Shown: in pieces, positions 1 to 11,169 of the stretch
Layout of the letters: the number at the start of each line of letters is the position of its first letter
Numbering within the stretch: the first letter of the stretch is position 1
DNA from: Rebecca billardiae RCC1528
Lineage: Eukaryota > Protista > Haptophyta
Direction of reading: 5' to 3'
Assembly (NCBI GenBank): GCA_965240325.2
Contig: OZ251239.1
Location: 682,001-746,000 of the forward strand
Length of the DNA stretch: 64,000 bases
Program-made: the position numbers and the translations under genes
Notes under the pieces: model-generated
Told to the model about the DNA's origin: nothing
Databases searched by the model: none
What the model saw: the letters and a program-made list of their open reading frames with translations, nothing else

Positions 1-846
1 GCACGACGAGACCGAGACCGAGTCGTCGCAGACGACATCGTCATCAGCAGCTCTGCTGCTGGTCGCAGCGTCGGCGGACGATTTTCGTCATCCGTGGCCC
101 GCCTAGCAGGCAGAGAAATCACCGGCATGGATGATGAGGCGGCCGCCATCATGTGCCCACCGCCGCCTGAGTGATCCCGGACCACTTACCGGTACAGTAC
201 TCCGGCTTGTCATCCGGGCGACTCAGAGCGTTGCGCCAGCTGGACAAACGCGAAGGGACCCACCGTCCAGGATCCTTGGACTTGTGGAGGGCCCCGGCGA
301 GACCTGCACTCGGATCGGGGCCCTCTCCCGCTGTGCCGCTTGCGGCGCACGCCTGACCGGTGCGGCGGGCGACGTGTGCGCACGCCGTGCAGCTCGCGGC
401 GCGTGCGCGTTGGCTAGATGGCACACGTCTCCCGACGCACAAGTCGAATGACCGCAGCTGGGATGCCCTTTCGCGCCGCAAGGACGCTTGCGAGGCCGGT
501 CGCGCGGCCGAGCGGCGTGGCCGTGCCGCCTGCACGCAGTGCGCCCATGGACTTGGCTTCGCCGCGCGCGCTGAGGCTGGCGAGCGTCACGGCCGAATTC
601 TACGACGCGCGCGACGCGCCATCTGCCTGCTTCCTTGCCTCCGACGCACGTTTTCTGCGGGCAGCGGCGACTCGCCCGCCCATGCGGCGGCGAGCCGCCA
701 TCCACCGCGCTTCGCCCTAAACAGAGCGCGGAACATTTCGTTTTGAAAAGCGCAGATCTGAAAAGACCGGAGGGCGTTTGTCCAGCTGGCGCAACGCCCC
801 TGATCGCTCGGTGTCGCGGTGTTCATGAATTACTGTGAACGAGTAA

Positions 847-2217
847 ATGAGTAAATCGGTTCAAATGGCGCCAGCCGGCCCAATACCGCCCTTGGCCCAA
901 CGGTCATCAGCGTGCGCGATGCGCCCCGACGGCGTGGACGAGGCCCTCTACGAGCGCGCCAGCCATGGCGAGGCGCGTGCGCAGTGCGAGCTGGGCGAGG
1001 CGCTGATCGCGCTCGACGCCGCGCATGCTGACGAGGCCGTGCGCTGGTTCCGCGCCGGCGCGGAGTCCGGGCACGGCCGCGCGGCCTTTCGCCTCTCGCA
1101 CGCGCTCGCGAGCGGCACGGGTGTGGCGCGCGACGCGAAGCGCGCGCGCAAGTATCTGCTCCTCGCGGCTGAGGCGGAGGACCCCGAGGCACTGTTCGAG
1201 CTGAGCGGGCTGCGTGGGATCGACGTGGGCGCCGAACCCGCGCATTCCGAGCACACGCCCGCGCACGCGTTCGACTTGGCGCTCCGCTCGGCTAAGCTCG
1301 GCCACGGCCCAGCGATGAGCGCGGTCGCCGTGTGCTACGGCTCGGGGCGGGGCGTGCCGCAGCAGTCGGACCGGCTGGCGGCGGTGTGGTGCGCCAAGGC
1401 GGCCGAGCTCGGCCTCGCCTCCGCGCAGTACAACCTCGGCGCGGCGTACCATTTCGGCCACGGCGTGAGCGCGAATGCGGCGACAGCGCTGCACTGGTTC
1501 CGCAAGTCGGCGGCGCAGGGCAACGCCATGGCGATGCACTCTGTGGCCACCGCGCTGACGAAGGGGCTGGGCGTGGAGGCCGACCCCGCCGAGGGCGCGC
1601 GCTGGCTGCGCAAGGCCTCCCGCCTCGGCGACGCCAAGGCCACCTTCGGGCTCGCCGACCTGCTCAGCAAGGGAGCGCCGGGCGTGCCCGCGGACCCGGA
1701 GGAGGCGGCGCGGCTGTACCGCCTCCTCGGCGAGCAGGGCGCGGAGGGCGCGGCCGTGAGCGCGTTGCTCAACGTCGTCGGCACCCCCTTGCACGGCTGG
1801 GGCCCCGCGCGCGTCAACTCGCGCCCGCCCAAGCGCGGCGGCAGCGGCGGCGAAGGTTCCGAGAATGTTCCGCCGCCCACTGCCAGCGCCGGCGGTGCGC
1901 CGCCGGTGGCCTGCTGCTGTCTGCACTGCGGCGCCGCCGGCTCGGATGAGGCGCCGCTCATGGTGTGTTCGCGGTGCCACGCGGCGCGCTTCTGCGGTCG
2001 CGAGTGCCAGAAGGCCGCGTGGAAGGCGCACAGGCGTGAGTGCGCCTCGCGCGTCGACGAGGCCAGCGCGTGCGCCGAGCGCCCGCGCGCGTGCGCCTCA
2101 ACCTCAAGCGGCGAGGACGAAGGCACCAAAGTTTCGGAGAGGCTGGTGAATGAGTTCGTGAATATGACGATGCTCACCCTGCTCAACGACCGCCAAGCGC
2201 GCGGCCTGTGTGCGTGA
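847..2217 (+). CDS. Sel1-like repeat protein with C-terminal MYND zinc finger
   Basis: Repeated Sel1 units (AQYNLGAAYHFGHGVSANAATALHWFRKSAAQG; GLGVEADPAEGARWLRKASRLG) and a MYND pattern CLHC...CSRC..ARFCGRECQKAAWKAHRREC. The true start could be a later ATG (about 919). Confidence 0.85.
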   Translation: MSKSVQMAPAGPIPPLAQRSSACAMRPDGVDEALYERASHGEARAQCELGEALIALDAAHADEAVRWFRAGAESGHGRAAFRLSHALASGTGVARDAKRARKYLLLAAEAEDPEALFELSGLRGIDVGAEPAHSEHTPAHAFDLALRSAKLGHGPAMSAVAVCYGSGRGVPQQSDRLAAVWCAKAAELGLASAQYNLGAAYHFGHGVSANAATALHWFRKSAAQGNAMAMHSVATALTKGLGVEADPAEGARWLRKASRLGDAKATFGLADLLSKGAPGVPADPEEAARLYRLLGEQGAEGAAVSALLNVVGTPLHGWGPARVNSRPPKRGGSGGEGSENVPPPTASAGGAPPVACCCLHCGAAGSDEAPLMVCSRCHAARFCGRECQKAAWKAHRRECASRVDEASACAERPRACASTSSGEDEGTKVSERLVNEFVNMTMLTLLNDRQARGLCA

Positions 2218-2610
2218 GCGTGGCGTGGCGGCGCGACCTCGCGCGACGTCTGGCGCCGGTGCGTTCGGCAGCCCGCTCTCAGGCAGCGCCGCGTGTCGCG
2301 GCAGCTGCGGCGGCTCTGCGACTGCGGGTCGCGGGGCCCCGCGAGCCCGGAAACTCGGGACAGACCGCCGCCACGGCACCACCTCGTGCGCTCACCACGA
2401 CTGACCACCATTTACCAGCAGCAGGCACTAGACGACAGGCAGCAGACACGCCGCTAGACAGGCAGCACGGACACGCGCTGGCGCGGCACGCGCGGTACGC
2501 GGCTTTAAGCTTACGCCTACGGTCGGCGCCGTAGCTAGTCAGCGCGAGCTAGCAGCGTAGTCGTCTGACTCACTCTGCATGACTGCGGATCGACGATCAC
2601 GATATTCATC

Positions 2611-2641
2611 ATCTATATCTATATCTATATCTATATCTATA
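2611..2641. repeat. (TATATC)n microsatellite, left part
   Basis: About 5 units of ATCTAT directly abutting CACAGTG at 2642. Confidence 0.95.
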
Positions 2642-5276
2642 CACAGTGCCGGAAAACTGCTCAGGGTGACGTTTTAAGTTGTCCGCACCACTAGTCGAAT
2701 CATCGGACAATTCTGAAGCGGTGCGCCTAAATTCGGCGCACCATAGGCGCGTCGAATCGTGGCACAGACCTTGGTAGCAGGCCACACCTGAGCGCGCTGC
2801 GCGCGCCGACGCGCGCTCGGCGCGGGCAAAAAATCATGCGCCGTTGGCATTACGCAGCCCCGCGCAGCGCTGTGCTCGAGCTCGGCGGCGGCGAAAGCGG
2901 GCGGGCGCACACGGCGGTGCCCGTGCGCGCTGCTCCGAGCGCAGCTGCGGCCACCCCGGCGGCATACCGCCGGTCGAGGGCACGAAAACCGATTTTTCGG
3001 GAAAATGCAGAGCAGCGGCGCCCGAGCGCGCCCGAGCTCGTCGCAGCACAGTCTCCTGGTGGCTGCGCCCCGTGAAGCCACGCCACGCGGGGCGCTGGCG
3101 TGCGCGTGGCCTGCGCCCACCGTGCGCTGCCCGATCATGGCCGTCGACCGCTCCGAGCGCCTCACCACGCGTGCTCGAGCCCACCGATACTGACGCCCGA
3201 GCACGGTGCCGGCAGCGCTCGCAGGTGGGCGTCGGAGAAAACACGCCGGCCGAACAAGCTTGAAGCGTCCGCCGCGATGCCAACGGCAGCGGACGACGTG
3301 CGCGCCACCTCGGCGCCAGTCGCCCAGCCCTTGCGCGGCGGTGCGGGCTCGCTCGTTCGCCGCCATCAGCTGCGCGCGCGCAGCCCGATCACTGCCCGCT
3401 GGTTCTGTTGTCGAGCAGCTGCGGCCTGCCACGCGCACTGCCGGACATTGAGCCACAGCGCGAGCACGCGCCTCGTCTGGCACGCGCGAGCACTCAGCAT
3501 CGTGCGTGGCCACCATGACGCGCCCATCTGCGCCAGCAGCGATGAGCACGCCGCCGTTCAGCTCGCATCGGGCTCGCTCGCGACGCAGCAACGCGCGGCC
3601 GTAGCGGCAGCAGCGGCGCCGTCGAGCACGCGCAGCAAACAAATATGCAGCGCGGGCGAGTCGACGGTCTGGAAAATGCGCGATCACGCCACAGCAGGCT
3701 GGCAGAGCCCGCCCGAGCTGCAGCATGCCGTAGGTGCTGCCCCAAGCTCTCGACTGCCCGTAAGCGGCGGCATGTGCGGCGGCGCCGGCGGCGGCCATGC
3801 TGCCACGCCGTTGCGCGCCGCGGGGCGCCGTCGGCACCTCCGTGGTGAAGCGCACAGAGCTCGAGCCCACGGGGGCTGGCGACCGTCAAACCGACACCCC
3901 ATGACGCGGGGCTGCGTGCGCCAGCTGCGCGCACTCCGTGGGCCCACCTAGCCCGCTCGAGCAGCTCGCCTTGGGTGCGCGCAGCGGCTCGAGCACACTG
4001 GTATGGGACGCCTGCCTGCGGTGCCGCCGAGCACATGCGGCCGACGGTCACTCAGCACGGGCGACTCGACGGCGGCGAGCAGGCGCGACGGCCTCGCCGC
4101 GCCGCGGAAAAGCCTGCCCGGGCTGCAGCACGCCGTAGGAGCAGCCCAGCGCCCTCCTCCGCCCTCCAGCTTCGGCGCGCGCAGCAGGCCCGGCGGCGGC
4201 CATGCTGGCGTGCCCAAGCATGAAGATGGGCGCGGCCGGCCGCGCCGTCGCAAAGCGCGCAGAACTCGAGCTCGGGGGGGCGGACGGCCGCCAAACTGGC
4301 GCGGCAGGACGTGGCACTGCGTGCGCCAGCTGCGCGCACCCGCTGCGCCCGCGTGGCCCGTGCGAGCGCCGCGCCTCGAGCACACGCAGCTGCTCGACAC
4401 AGCCACGGCAGTGTGGCTTGTGCGCGTGCACGTGATCAGTCTCAGCTCTGAGGCGCGCGCTCAGGAGGGCTGCGGCCGGGCCGAGCGCGATCTGCGCGGA
4501 CGGTACAGCCTGGCGGCTCATGCCAGCCAGCCCAAAGCCCGCTCCGCCATCCGCGTCATGGCGCTCCAGCCTCTCGCGTGCTGCGCTGCAGCCGCGCTCG
4601 GCAACTAGACGTCGCCCAGCCCGCCTTGCACGCGGCTGAGCAGTGGCAGCCAGGCGAAGCGTCGTCGCGGGCGAGGCTGCGCTGGGTGATGCGGCTCGGG
4701 TCGGTGGGCAAGTCGCACCCCGCCGTCGGTCGCCTCCACGCCTCAGGCTCGCTCGAGGTCAAAGACAACTGCGCGGCGCGGCGTTTGCGCGGGCGGGCCG
4801 CGGGCGTGGCGGGGTGTACGCGTGCAATGTCACAGCCTCCCACACAATTTCAGGAGGGTGAGACGCACCGCCAGCGGCACCCGCACACAATCCCACCCTG
4901 CGCGAGCCACCTGCCGTGTCGACTGAAGCATCAGGCTCGGGCGCAACCGCGGGCGGCGCATGCAAGAAGCTCGCGAAACGCACCGCGCGCGCCGTGAGGG
5001 CGAAAGGAGAGCACCCGTCAGGGCGGCGAGGAACTTGCCCAGCGCCACGCGGAAGACGACCCCAGCCCGCGTCGACGCATAGTCTGGCCCGCGAGCAGCC
5101 TCGTCGGTCTTCGCCGAGTAGATCGCGCCGCGAGCCGAGGCACCGCTCGTTTGAGGCTCCGTCCGCCGCGAAGTCGCGGCTTCCACCCGAGTTCCACTGT
5201 CCGGCCGAGACCGGATTCGCTGACTCGAGCTGCGGACCGTCCGAAGCGTCACGGAAAATTCCAATCCTGCACTGTG
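2642..5276. mobile_element. Non-autonomous DNA transposon with CACAGTG...CACTGTG termini, inserted at TA in a microsatellite
   Basis: The left end and the reverse-complemented right end align without gaps over about 55 bp in blocks (CACAGTGC.GGA / GTGACG.TT / GTCCGCA / AGTC). TA lies on both sides (2640-41, 5277-78). No transposase ORF is recognisable. Confidence 0.8.
3650..4390. repeat. Diverged internal tandem duplication, period about 405 bp
   Basis: Matching blocks recur in order: GCTGCAGCA.GCCGTAGG, CCGGCGGCGGCCATGCTG, CTGCGTGCGCCAGCTGCGCGCAC, at about 3715-3935 and 4120-4340. Confidence 0.7.
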
Positions 5277-5476
5277 TATCTATATCTATATCTATATCTA
5301 TATCTATATCTATATCTATATCTATATCTATATCTATATCTATATCTATATCTATATCTATATCTATATCTATATCTATATCTATATCTATATCTATATC
5401 TATATCTATATCTATATCTCTCTCTATATCTATATCTATATCTCTCTCTATATCTCTCTCTCTATATATATATATA
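5277..5476. repeat. (TATATC)n microsatellite, right part, decaying into (TC)n/(TA)n
   Basis: Directly visible. It is the source of the spurious ISIS/YLYL ORFs. Confidence 0.97.
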
Positions 5477-5537
5477 CTGACTACTGTTGGCTCCAGCCAC
5501 AGTCAGAGTGAGTCACGGGGACGTCCACTGACCCTAT

Positions 5538-6450
5538 GGGGGGGGTGCATTTAGACGAACCCCTGGGAGCCAGGGAGCGATGAGGGTACCAATCGAAAGA
5601 TCTCCGGGGCGGCGGACGAAGCCGCAGGTTCAAAACCGAAGCCGCAGACGATTTCGTATGTTTCCTTGTCCTTGAACGCGTCGTCACAGTCGAACACGGA
5701 GGACTCCATCGTGCTGAACTTTTTTTTGGGCTCCCGGACCGGTCTCTCGCACGATGGAGCGCCGCCGAGCGGGCGAGGAGACGAGACGTCTTGGAGGCCT
5801 TGATCCGGGCGCATCCGCTGGTTGGCCGCGGCACCCTGTCGCGCTCGCGCCCCGGGTGCACCTTCGTGCACTGAGAGTCACCGATGGGCGAGAAGCTGCT
5901 CGTCGACTCGAGCAAGCTGCGCGCTGTCCGCGTCGAGCTGCTCGCGCCGGCGCGGCCGCGCCTTGAGCTCGCGGCGGTGCGGGCGTGCGCATGAGCTTGT
6001 CGGCGTCGAGCTGCTCGCGCCCCGGGCCGCGCCCGCGCCGTCAGCTCGTAGTGGCACGGGCATGCGCACGAGCTCGTGCTTGGCCGCAGCTCCTCGGAGG
6101 ACTGCCACAGCTGGCTGGCTCAGAGCCTTCGGTTCGCGAGTGCTGAGGTGCTTCGTGGCCTGCGCGGTGCGCCGCAGCGGTCAATGCGTTGCTCGATCCT
6201 GCACTGCGCTACGTCTTGACTCGCACGGGAGGCGCTGATATCGGGGCTGTGTGCAATGCGTCATGGCCGCCCGGCGCAGAGCCGACGCCGCACGACGCAG
6301 CCCTCAGCGCCAACACCGCGCAGCGAACACTCGGTCTGCTATGCGAATTCTGGCGAGTTGGGGCCTTATTGAGGCGCGCGTATTTGGTCCTTCGATCGGC
6401 TGGGGGGAGCCCCCCCCAGACCCCCCCAAATGGTTATAAATGCACCCCTG
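5538..6450. mobile_element. Probable hAT-like non-autonomous element (degenerate)
   Basis: GGGGTGCATTTA (5542-5553) is inverted relative to TAAATGCACCCC(TG) (6437-6450). There is a GGGGGGAGCCCCCCC subterminal palindrome, and GGACGTCC lies near both flanks. Boundaries are uncertain. Confidence 0.45.
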
Positions 6451-6516
6451 CTGGACGTCCCGGACAGTGACCAGAGCCTGTTAGCAGACTGACTAGGTCT
6501 AGTACTACTACCGACT

Positions 6517-8452
6517 TAGCCTGGTCCATCCCGATTTTCGCCAGTGAAAAAGCCTTTTCGGATTTTGGGCGCCTGATTTCTCCCGATTTTCTAGTCGCTC
6601 GTCGCGCTGTCAAAAATCGCCACCGGCCGTCCGACGGCTCGCCGCGACGAAGGTCGGGAAGGGGCTCGAGAGCCTCGACTGGACGACTGCGCCGCCTCAT
6701 GTCAGGTGTAGTGCTGGACACATCGTTCGGGTGCCCCGGTGGTGTGCGTGCACACCTTGAGCGACATGTCTGCGTTGCTTCCGCCGCCCGCGGTCCGTCG
6801 CCAGGTCGACTTCTCGCCTGACGGCGCGCGTCGAACGCTCACCTGCTGGGTTGCGCGGCGCCTTCGAGACGGGCCACCTCGGGTAATATGCGGGCCACGC
6901 GACGGCTCGTGTGGGCCACCGCCTACCCCTAGCATGTACTCGATGCCACCACCAGCGTTGGGCGCGCTGCGCATCGCCAACGCTTCATCCGGCCAGTCCC
7001 GTCACGTTTGCGCATGGGTCGTCCTGAGCGGCGGCTGTCGATTTGTGCTCCTCGTGGAGCTGTATGACGGGCTGGTGGCGAGCAGGATGGCTCGTCTTGC
7101 GGGGTTGGGTGTGTACAGTCGCAGTGTAGTGGCTGCCGGCTGACTCCCATCGCCTGGGTGCTGCTTTACCGTCATGGCCTTTGCTGCGAGCACAAGGTCG
7201 AGGATCGTACCGCGGTCTGCGAGGCAGAGTCGACGGAGTCGTCGCTTGAAGATGGTTGAGAGCGCTCATACGTCTTCCTTGGTGTCGTGCGGCTACTCCA
7301 GCACGCAAGGCTCGCGCTCTGGCACGTGTTTGGTGTCCATGGGTGGCACATTGTGCCATTCGGGTGGCTCGGAAGCACGTGCTCGGGTGTCTTTCCCGTT
7401 TACGCGCGGTGGGCCAAGTCACCACGCAAGGCCAGAGCATGTCATGGCACGCAGAGGGTGCCCATGAACGATCCCCACCCCGGTGGTTGCCGTAGGCGCA
7501 CTCGAAGCGGTCGCATCGTCACCCGCGGATCACATCAGTCCGCCGTTGAGGCTGTCGGGCGAGCAAAGACGTGCGATCTGACCCTTGGACGGGCAGCTAG
7601 AATCGCGATTATGCCTCATCTAAGGACGCACATGTCGTCGTTGTAGGCAGTACTGATGCCCCAAGTGAAAGGGCGGGCGTGGCACGCGACTTGGCAGCTT
7701 GAAATACTCGATGCACGCCGCCATGGACACGCGATCCGGATCCATTGCGAACCTGCCGTGTGGCTCACGGCGGCGCGCGTTGTGCCGCAGATCGGCCAGT
7801 TGCCACGCAGGAGATGGTCTCCAGACCAGGTCCAGCACCTGACCGACTGCCGCACGCCTGGCCGGGTGGGAGTCCGGCCCTCTTCTTGTCTGCAGGAGTG
7901 CGCGGAAGGCCAGGCGGAGCCTCGTCCGACCACTGCACCCCGAGCGCCGCACTAATCGTGCAGCCTGGGACAGCTACCCACCTATGGCGAATATGTAACG
8001 ACATAGTGGTATTTTAATTATACAGGTCCAGAACTCATACGTATGCGGGTACATTGCCCATAATATGCGGGTATAAATGGGTAATATAGTCGATCTTGCA
8101 GTAGTTGAGTACGGCCACTTGCGCACAGACCACAGCCCATCCTAATGGCCTGTACCAGGGTTCATGCTCGCCTCGACGTACGCCAATAAGTAAGTTCGTG
8201 CGTTTGGGCTCATTTAGGCTAAGTACTTACCCACATTCGGACTGACGATTCTCTATGTGTCCGTAGTTGTCCGCGGCGCGCGCGCGCACGCTCACGACGG
8301 GCCACGGATGCGATTTTTAGGCCGAAACTTTTGCTGCGCCCGGGCTGGGCCCATTTGTTACGCTGTTTCCGGGTGTGAGCGCGTGCCTAGGGGCCCGCGT
8401 TCATTTGGCGATAAAATCCCCGAAAGTGCTCCAGTGCGTTTGGACCAGGCTA
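6517..8452. mobile_element. hAT-like non-autonomous element with 12-bp TIR
   Basis: TAGCCTGGTCCA (6517-6528) and TGGACCAGGCTA (8441-8452) form a perfect inverted pair. CTACCG occurs in both flanks as an imperfect TSD. The interior holds only broken ORFs. Confidence 0.6.
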
Positions 8453-9089
8453 CTACCGTGCCTGCTGTCGTCGCTGAGTTAGGTAGTCGTCAGCCTCGAG
8501 TGTCCGGGCTAGCTCTGAGTGAGTAGCTGTCGATCGCCTGTCGGCGCAGTCCGCGCAGTGCCGCGCTGTCTGACCGGGCCTCCGGCGGCTCCAGTCGGCT
8601 CGGATGAGACTGGATGACGGCCCTGATGGCTGGCTCTGGCCGGCCGACCCGCTCGGATGCTCGCGGCACGCAGTCGCCAGTCGACGCTGCTCATGCTGCC
8701 GCGCCGCCGCGACGGCCACCGGTGCCGGGCAGCTGCTCAGATAGAACGGCACACTCGTCGCACACGGCGCCAGCGGACTCGGCAGCCCGGACTCAGCGCC
8801 TCCAGGCTCCAGGCAGGACTCATCCACGCGGCGTGCGTGCCGTCGCGCCGGCCGAACCCCCCCCCCCCCCCGCCGGGGGGCGGCCCGGGGCGGCACGCGC
8901 GGCTGCCGTGCCGCAGCCCTCACCGCCCGGAGACGCGCTGTTGCCCCCTCGGCGGCCGGTGCCAGGCGCACCCGTGCCACGCCCAGTGCGCCCAGCGTGC
9001 GGCGGCGCCTCCCCTCCCGCCTCCACACTCCCGACCTCGGCAAACCCGCAGCGGCTCCGGCTGCCTGCCTTCGCCCCTCGGAGGCGGCG

Positions 9090-10550
9090 TCAGCAGACGC
9101 GCGCGCGGCACTCCGTCTCGACGCACGCGGGAATGTCAATCTGCGCGGTGCCTCCCTCATGCGCCCTCATGCCGAGGCCGAGCGCAGCCGACCGCTTGCC
9201 ACACGAGTACACGTTGCCGTCCGCACCCACAAACAGCGAGTGAGAGTAGCCCATGGCACAGCGCAGCACACGCGTGTGGGCGAGGCCGCCGACACGCGTG
9301 GGCAGCGACCCTTCGCCAGCGCCATCGTGCCCCAGCTGGCCGTTGCTGTTGTTCCCAAACGTGTGCACGTTGCCGTCCGCGCCGACCACCGCGCTGGTGT
9401 TGCTGCCAGTGCACGCGCGCACAGCGCGCACATCAGCGAGCGCCTCGATGCGCCGGGGCGTGGCAAGTGACCGACGGGCACCGTTGCCGAGCTGCCCACG
9501 CCCATTGCGTCCAAACGAGCAGACCAGCCCGTCTGCGTCAACCACCAGGCTGTGCATACTGCCCGCGCTCACGTGCACGGCGCGCACGCCCGCGAGCGCC
9601 TCGACGCGTGTGGGCGTGCGCTGAGGAGTCTCCTGGTCGCCGTGGCCGAGCCGGCCGTAGTCGCCGCAGCCGCACGAGTAGACGTCGCCTTGTGCAGAGA
9701 GTAGCAGCGTGTGCAAAGCCCCGCCGGCCCCGCCGCCCACGCGCACGCCGTCCAGCGCCTCGATGCGCGTCGGCTCCCACCGGTCCTCCTCGTCGCCGTG
9801 GCCGAGCTGGCCGCAGCGGTTGTGGCCCCAGCTGTACGCGCACCCGGCGGCGGTGAGCGCGAGGCTGTGCTCGCGTCCAGCGGCGATTCCCACCACCACG
9901 ACGTCGGCCAGCGCCGCGATCGGCTCAAAATCGAGCCGTGCCTCGTCGTCCCCCAGCCCCAGCTGCCCGTGCTCGTTCTTGCCACACGCGTACACGGCGC
10001 CGGCCTCACTCATCGCGAGCAGGTGTCCCCAGCCAGCGGCCAACGAGCACACGCGCACCGCGCTGAGGGATGCGACGTGCGTCGGCACGCACGCATGCGC
10101 GCCCGAGTGGCCAGTCGCCGGAAGCCCTCGATACTCAAACCAGCGCCGTTCACCTTCTCCTTGCATCCGCACCCTCTTGTCCCCGCACGTGTGCAGCCCG
10201 CCCTCCGCGTCCACAAACGCGCTGAAGTCACCGCCGGCCGCCACGGGAGGCGAGTGCGCGCGTGCGAGCTCGAGCAAGCGCTCGCGCAGGAACAGCTCCT
10301 CCGTCCACGATCGCACGTCGGATGGCAGGGTCGCCGGCAGGGCGTGCTCGTGCCCGCGCGCGAGCGAGTGCGCACGCAGCGCGTGCTCGATCGCTGTGCG
10401 GCCGTCCGGCGGCGCGCTGCGGAAGAGGCGCGCGGTGGCGTTGGCGGCGGCGAGGTCGGGCGCCGTGAGGAAGGTGGCGACTCGTGCCAGCGCGTCATGC
10501 GGCAGGTCGTCGAGCGCGAGGGGCGGCGTGCGCGTCCGTGCCGTGGCCAT
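9090..10550 (-). CDS. RCC1/UVR8-like repeat protein with N-terminal F-box-like motif
   Basis: Many RCC1 blades (GAVYACGKNEHGQLGLG; AYSWGHNRCGQLGHG; VYSCGCGDYGRLGHG). The N-terminus LDDLPHDALARVATFL resembles an F-box. ATG at 10550 chosen. Confidence 0.85.
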   Translation of the reverse strand: MATARTRTPPLALDDLPHDALARVATFLTAPDLAAANATARLFRSAPPDGRTAIEHALRAHSLARGHEHALPATLPSDVRSWTEELFLRERLLELARAHSPPVAAGGDFSAFVDAEGGLHTCGDKRVRMQGEGERRWFEYRGLPATGHSGAHACVPTHVASLSAVRVCSLAAGWGHLLAMSEAGAVYACGKNEHGQLGLGDDEARLDFEPIAALADVVVVGIAAGREHSLALTAAGCAYSWGHNRCGQLGHGDEEDRWEPTRIEALDGVRVGGGAGGALHTLLLSAQGDVYSCGCGDYGRLGHGDQETPQRTPTRVEALAGVRAVHVSAGSMHSLVVDADGLVCSFGRNGRGQLGNGARRSLATPRRIEALADVRAVRACTGSNTSAVVGADGNVHTFGNNSNGQLGHDGAGEGSLPTRVGGLAHTRVLRCAMGYSHSLFVGADGNVYSCGKRSAALGLGMRAHEGGTAQIDIPACVETECRARVC

Positions 10551-10649
10551 CGAGTCGAGGAGGTGAAAAGGAGGAAGGAGGGTGAACAGGGCCGCTGGAC
10601 GCGGGCACCCCACCCCGCTCACCCGGCCGGTCCGCGATAGACGACGACG

Positions 10650-11123
10650 ATGGAGGGCACGAGCGAGACGGCGGAGCAGACGACGGAGGGCAGGCTGCAG
10701 CGCCTCTTCAGCGAGCCGACGCGCGCGGTCGGCGAGGACGACATCAAGCTGCTCACGCGCTCGATCGCCACCGAGCAGACCGACGCGACCGCCATGCTCG
10801 CCGCGAGCGCGCTCGAGCGGCTAGCCGCTCTCAACCACGAGGCGAGCGCGCGCCTGAGCGACGAGCCCACAGTGAACGCGCTGTTCGCGCTGGTCCGCTC
10901 GAGCCGGCCGCACCCGCTGCCCAAGCTCGCCGCGTCGGTCCTCCGGCTGCTCACCACGCTCGACGTGCCCGCCGTCGGCGAGGGCGAGGACGAGGCGGAC
11001 AGCGAGCTCAGCTACGATCCGGGGGGCGCGCACGCCGACGCCGACGCCGACGCAGGCGAGATGGGCGACGAGGACGGCGAGGAGGAGGACGGGGAGAGCT
11101 GCGACGAGGATATGATGGACGAG

Positions 11124-11169
<46 letters not shown>

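Noticed and set aside
770-801. Imperfect palindrome upstream of the Sel1 gene
   Set aside because: It may be an element end, but no partner is visible in the window.
4916-5554. ORFs with ISIS/YLYL runs
   Set aside because: They are translations of the TATATC microsatellite.
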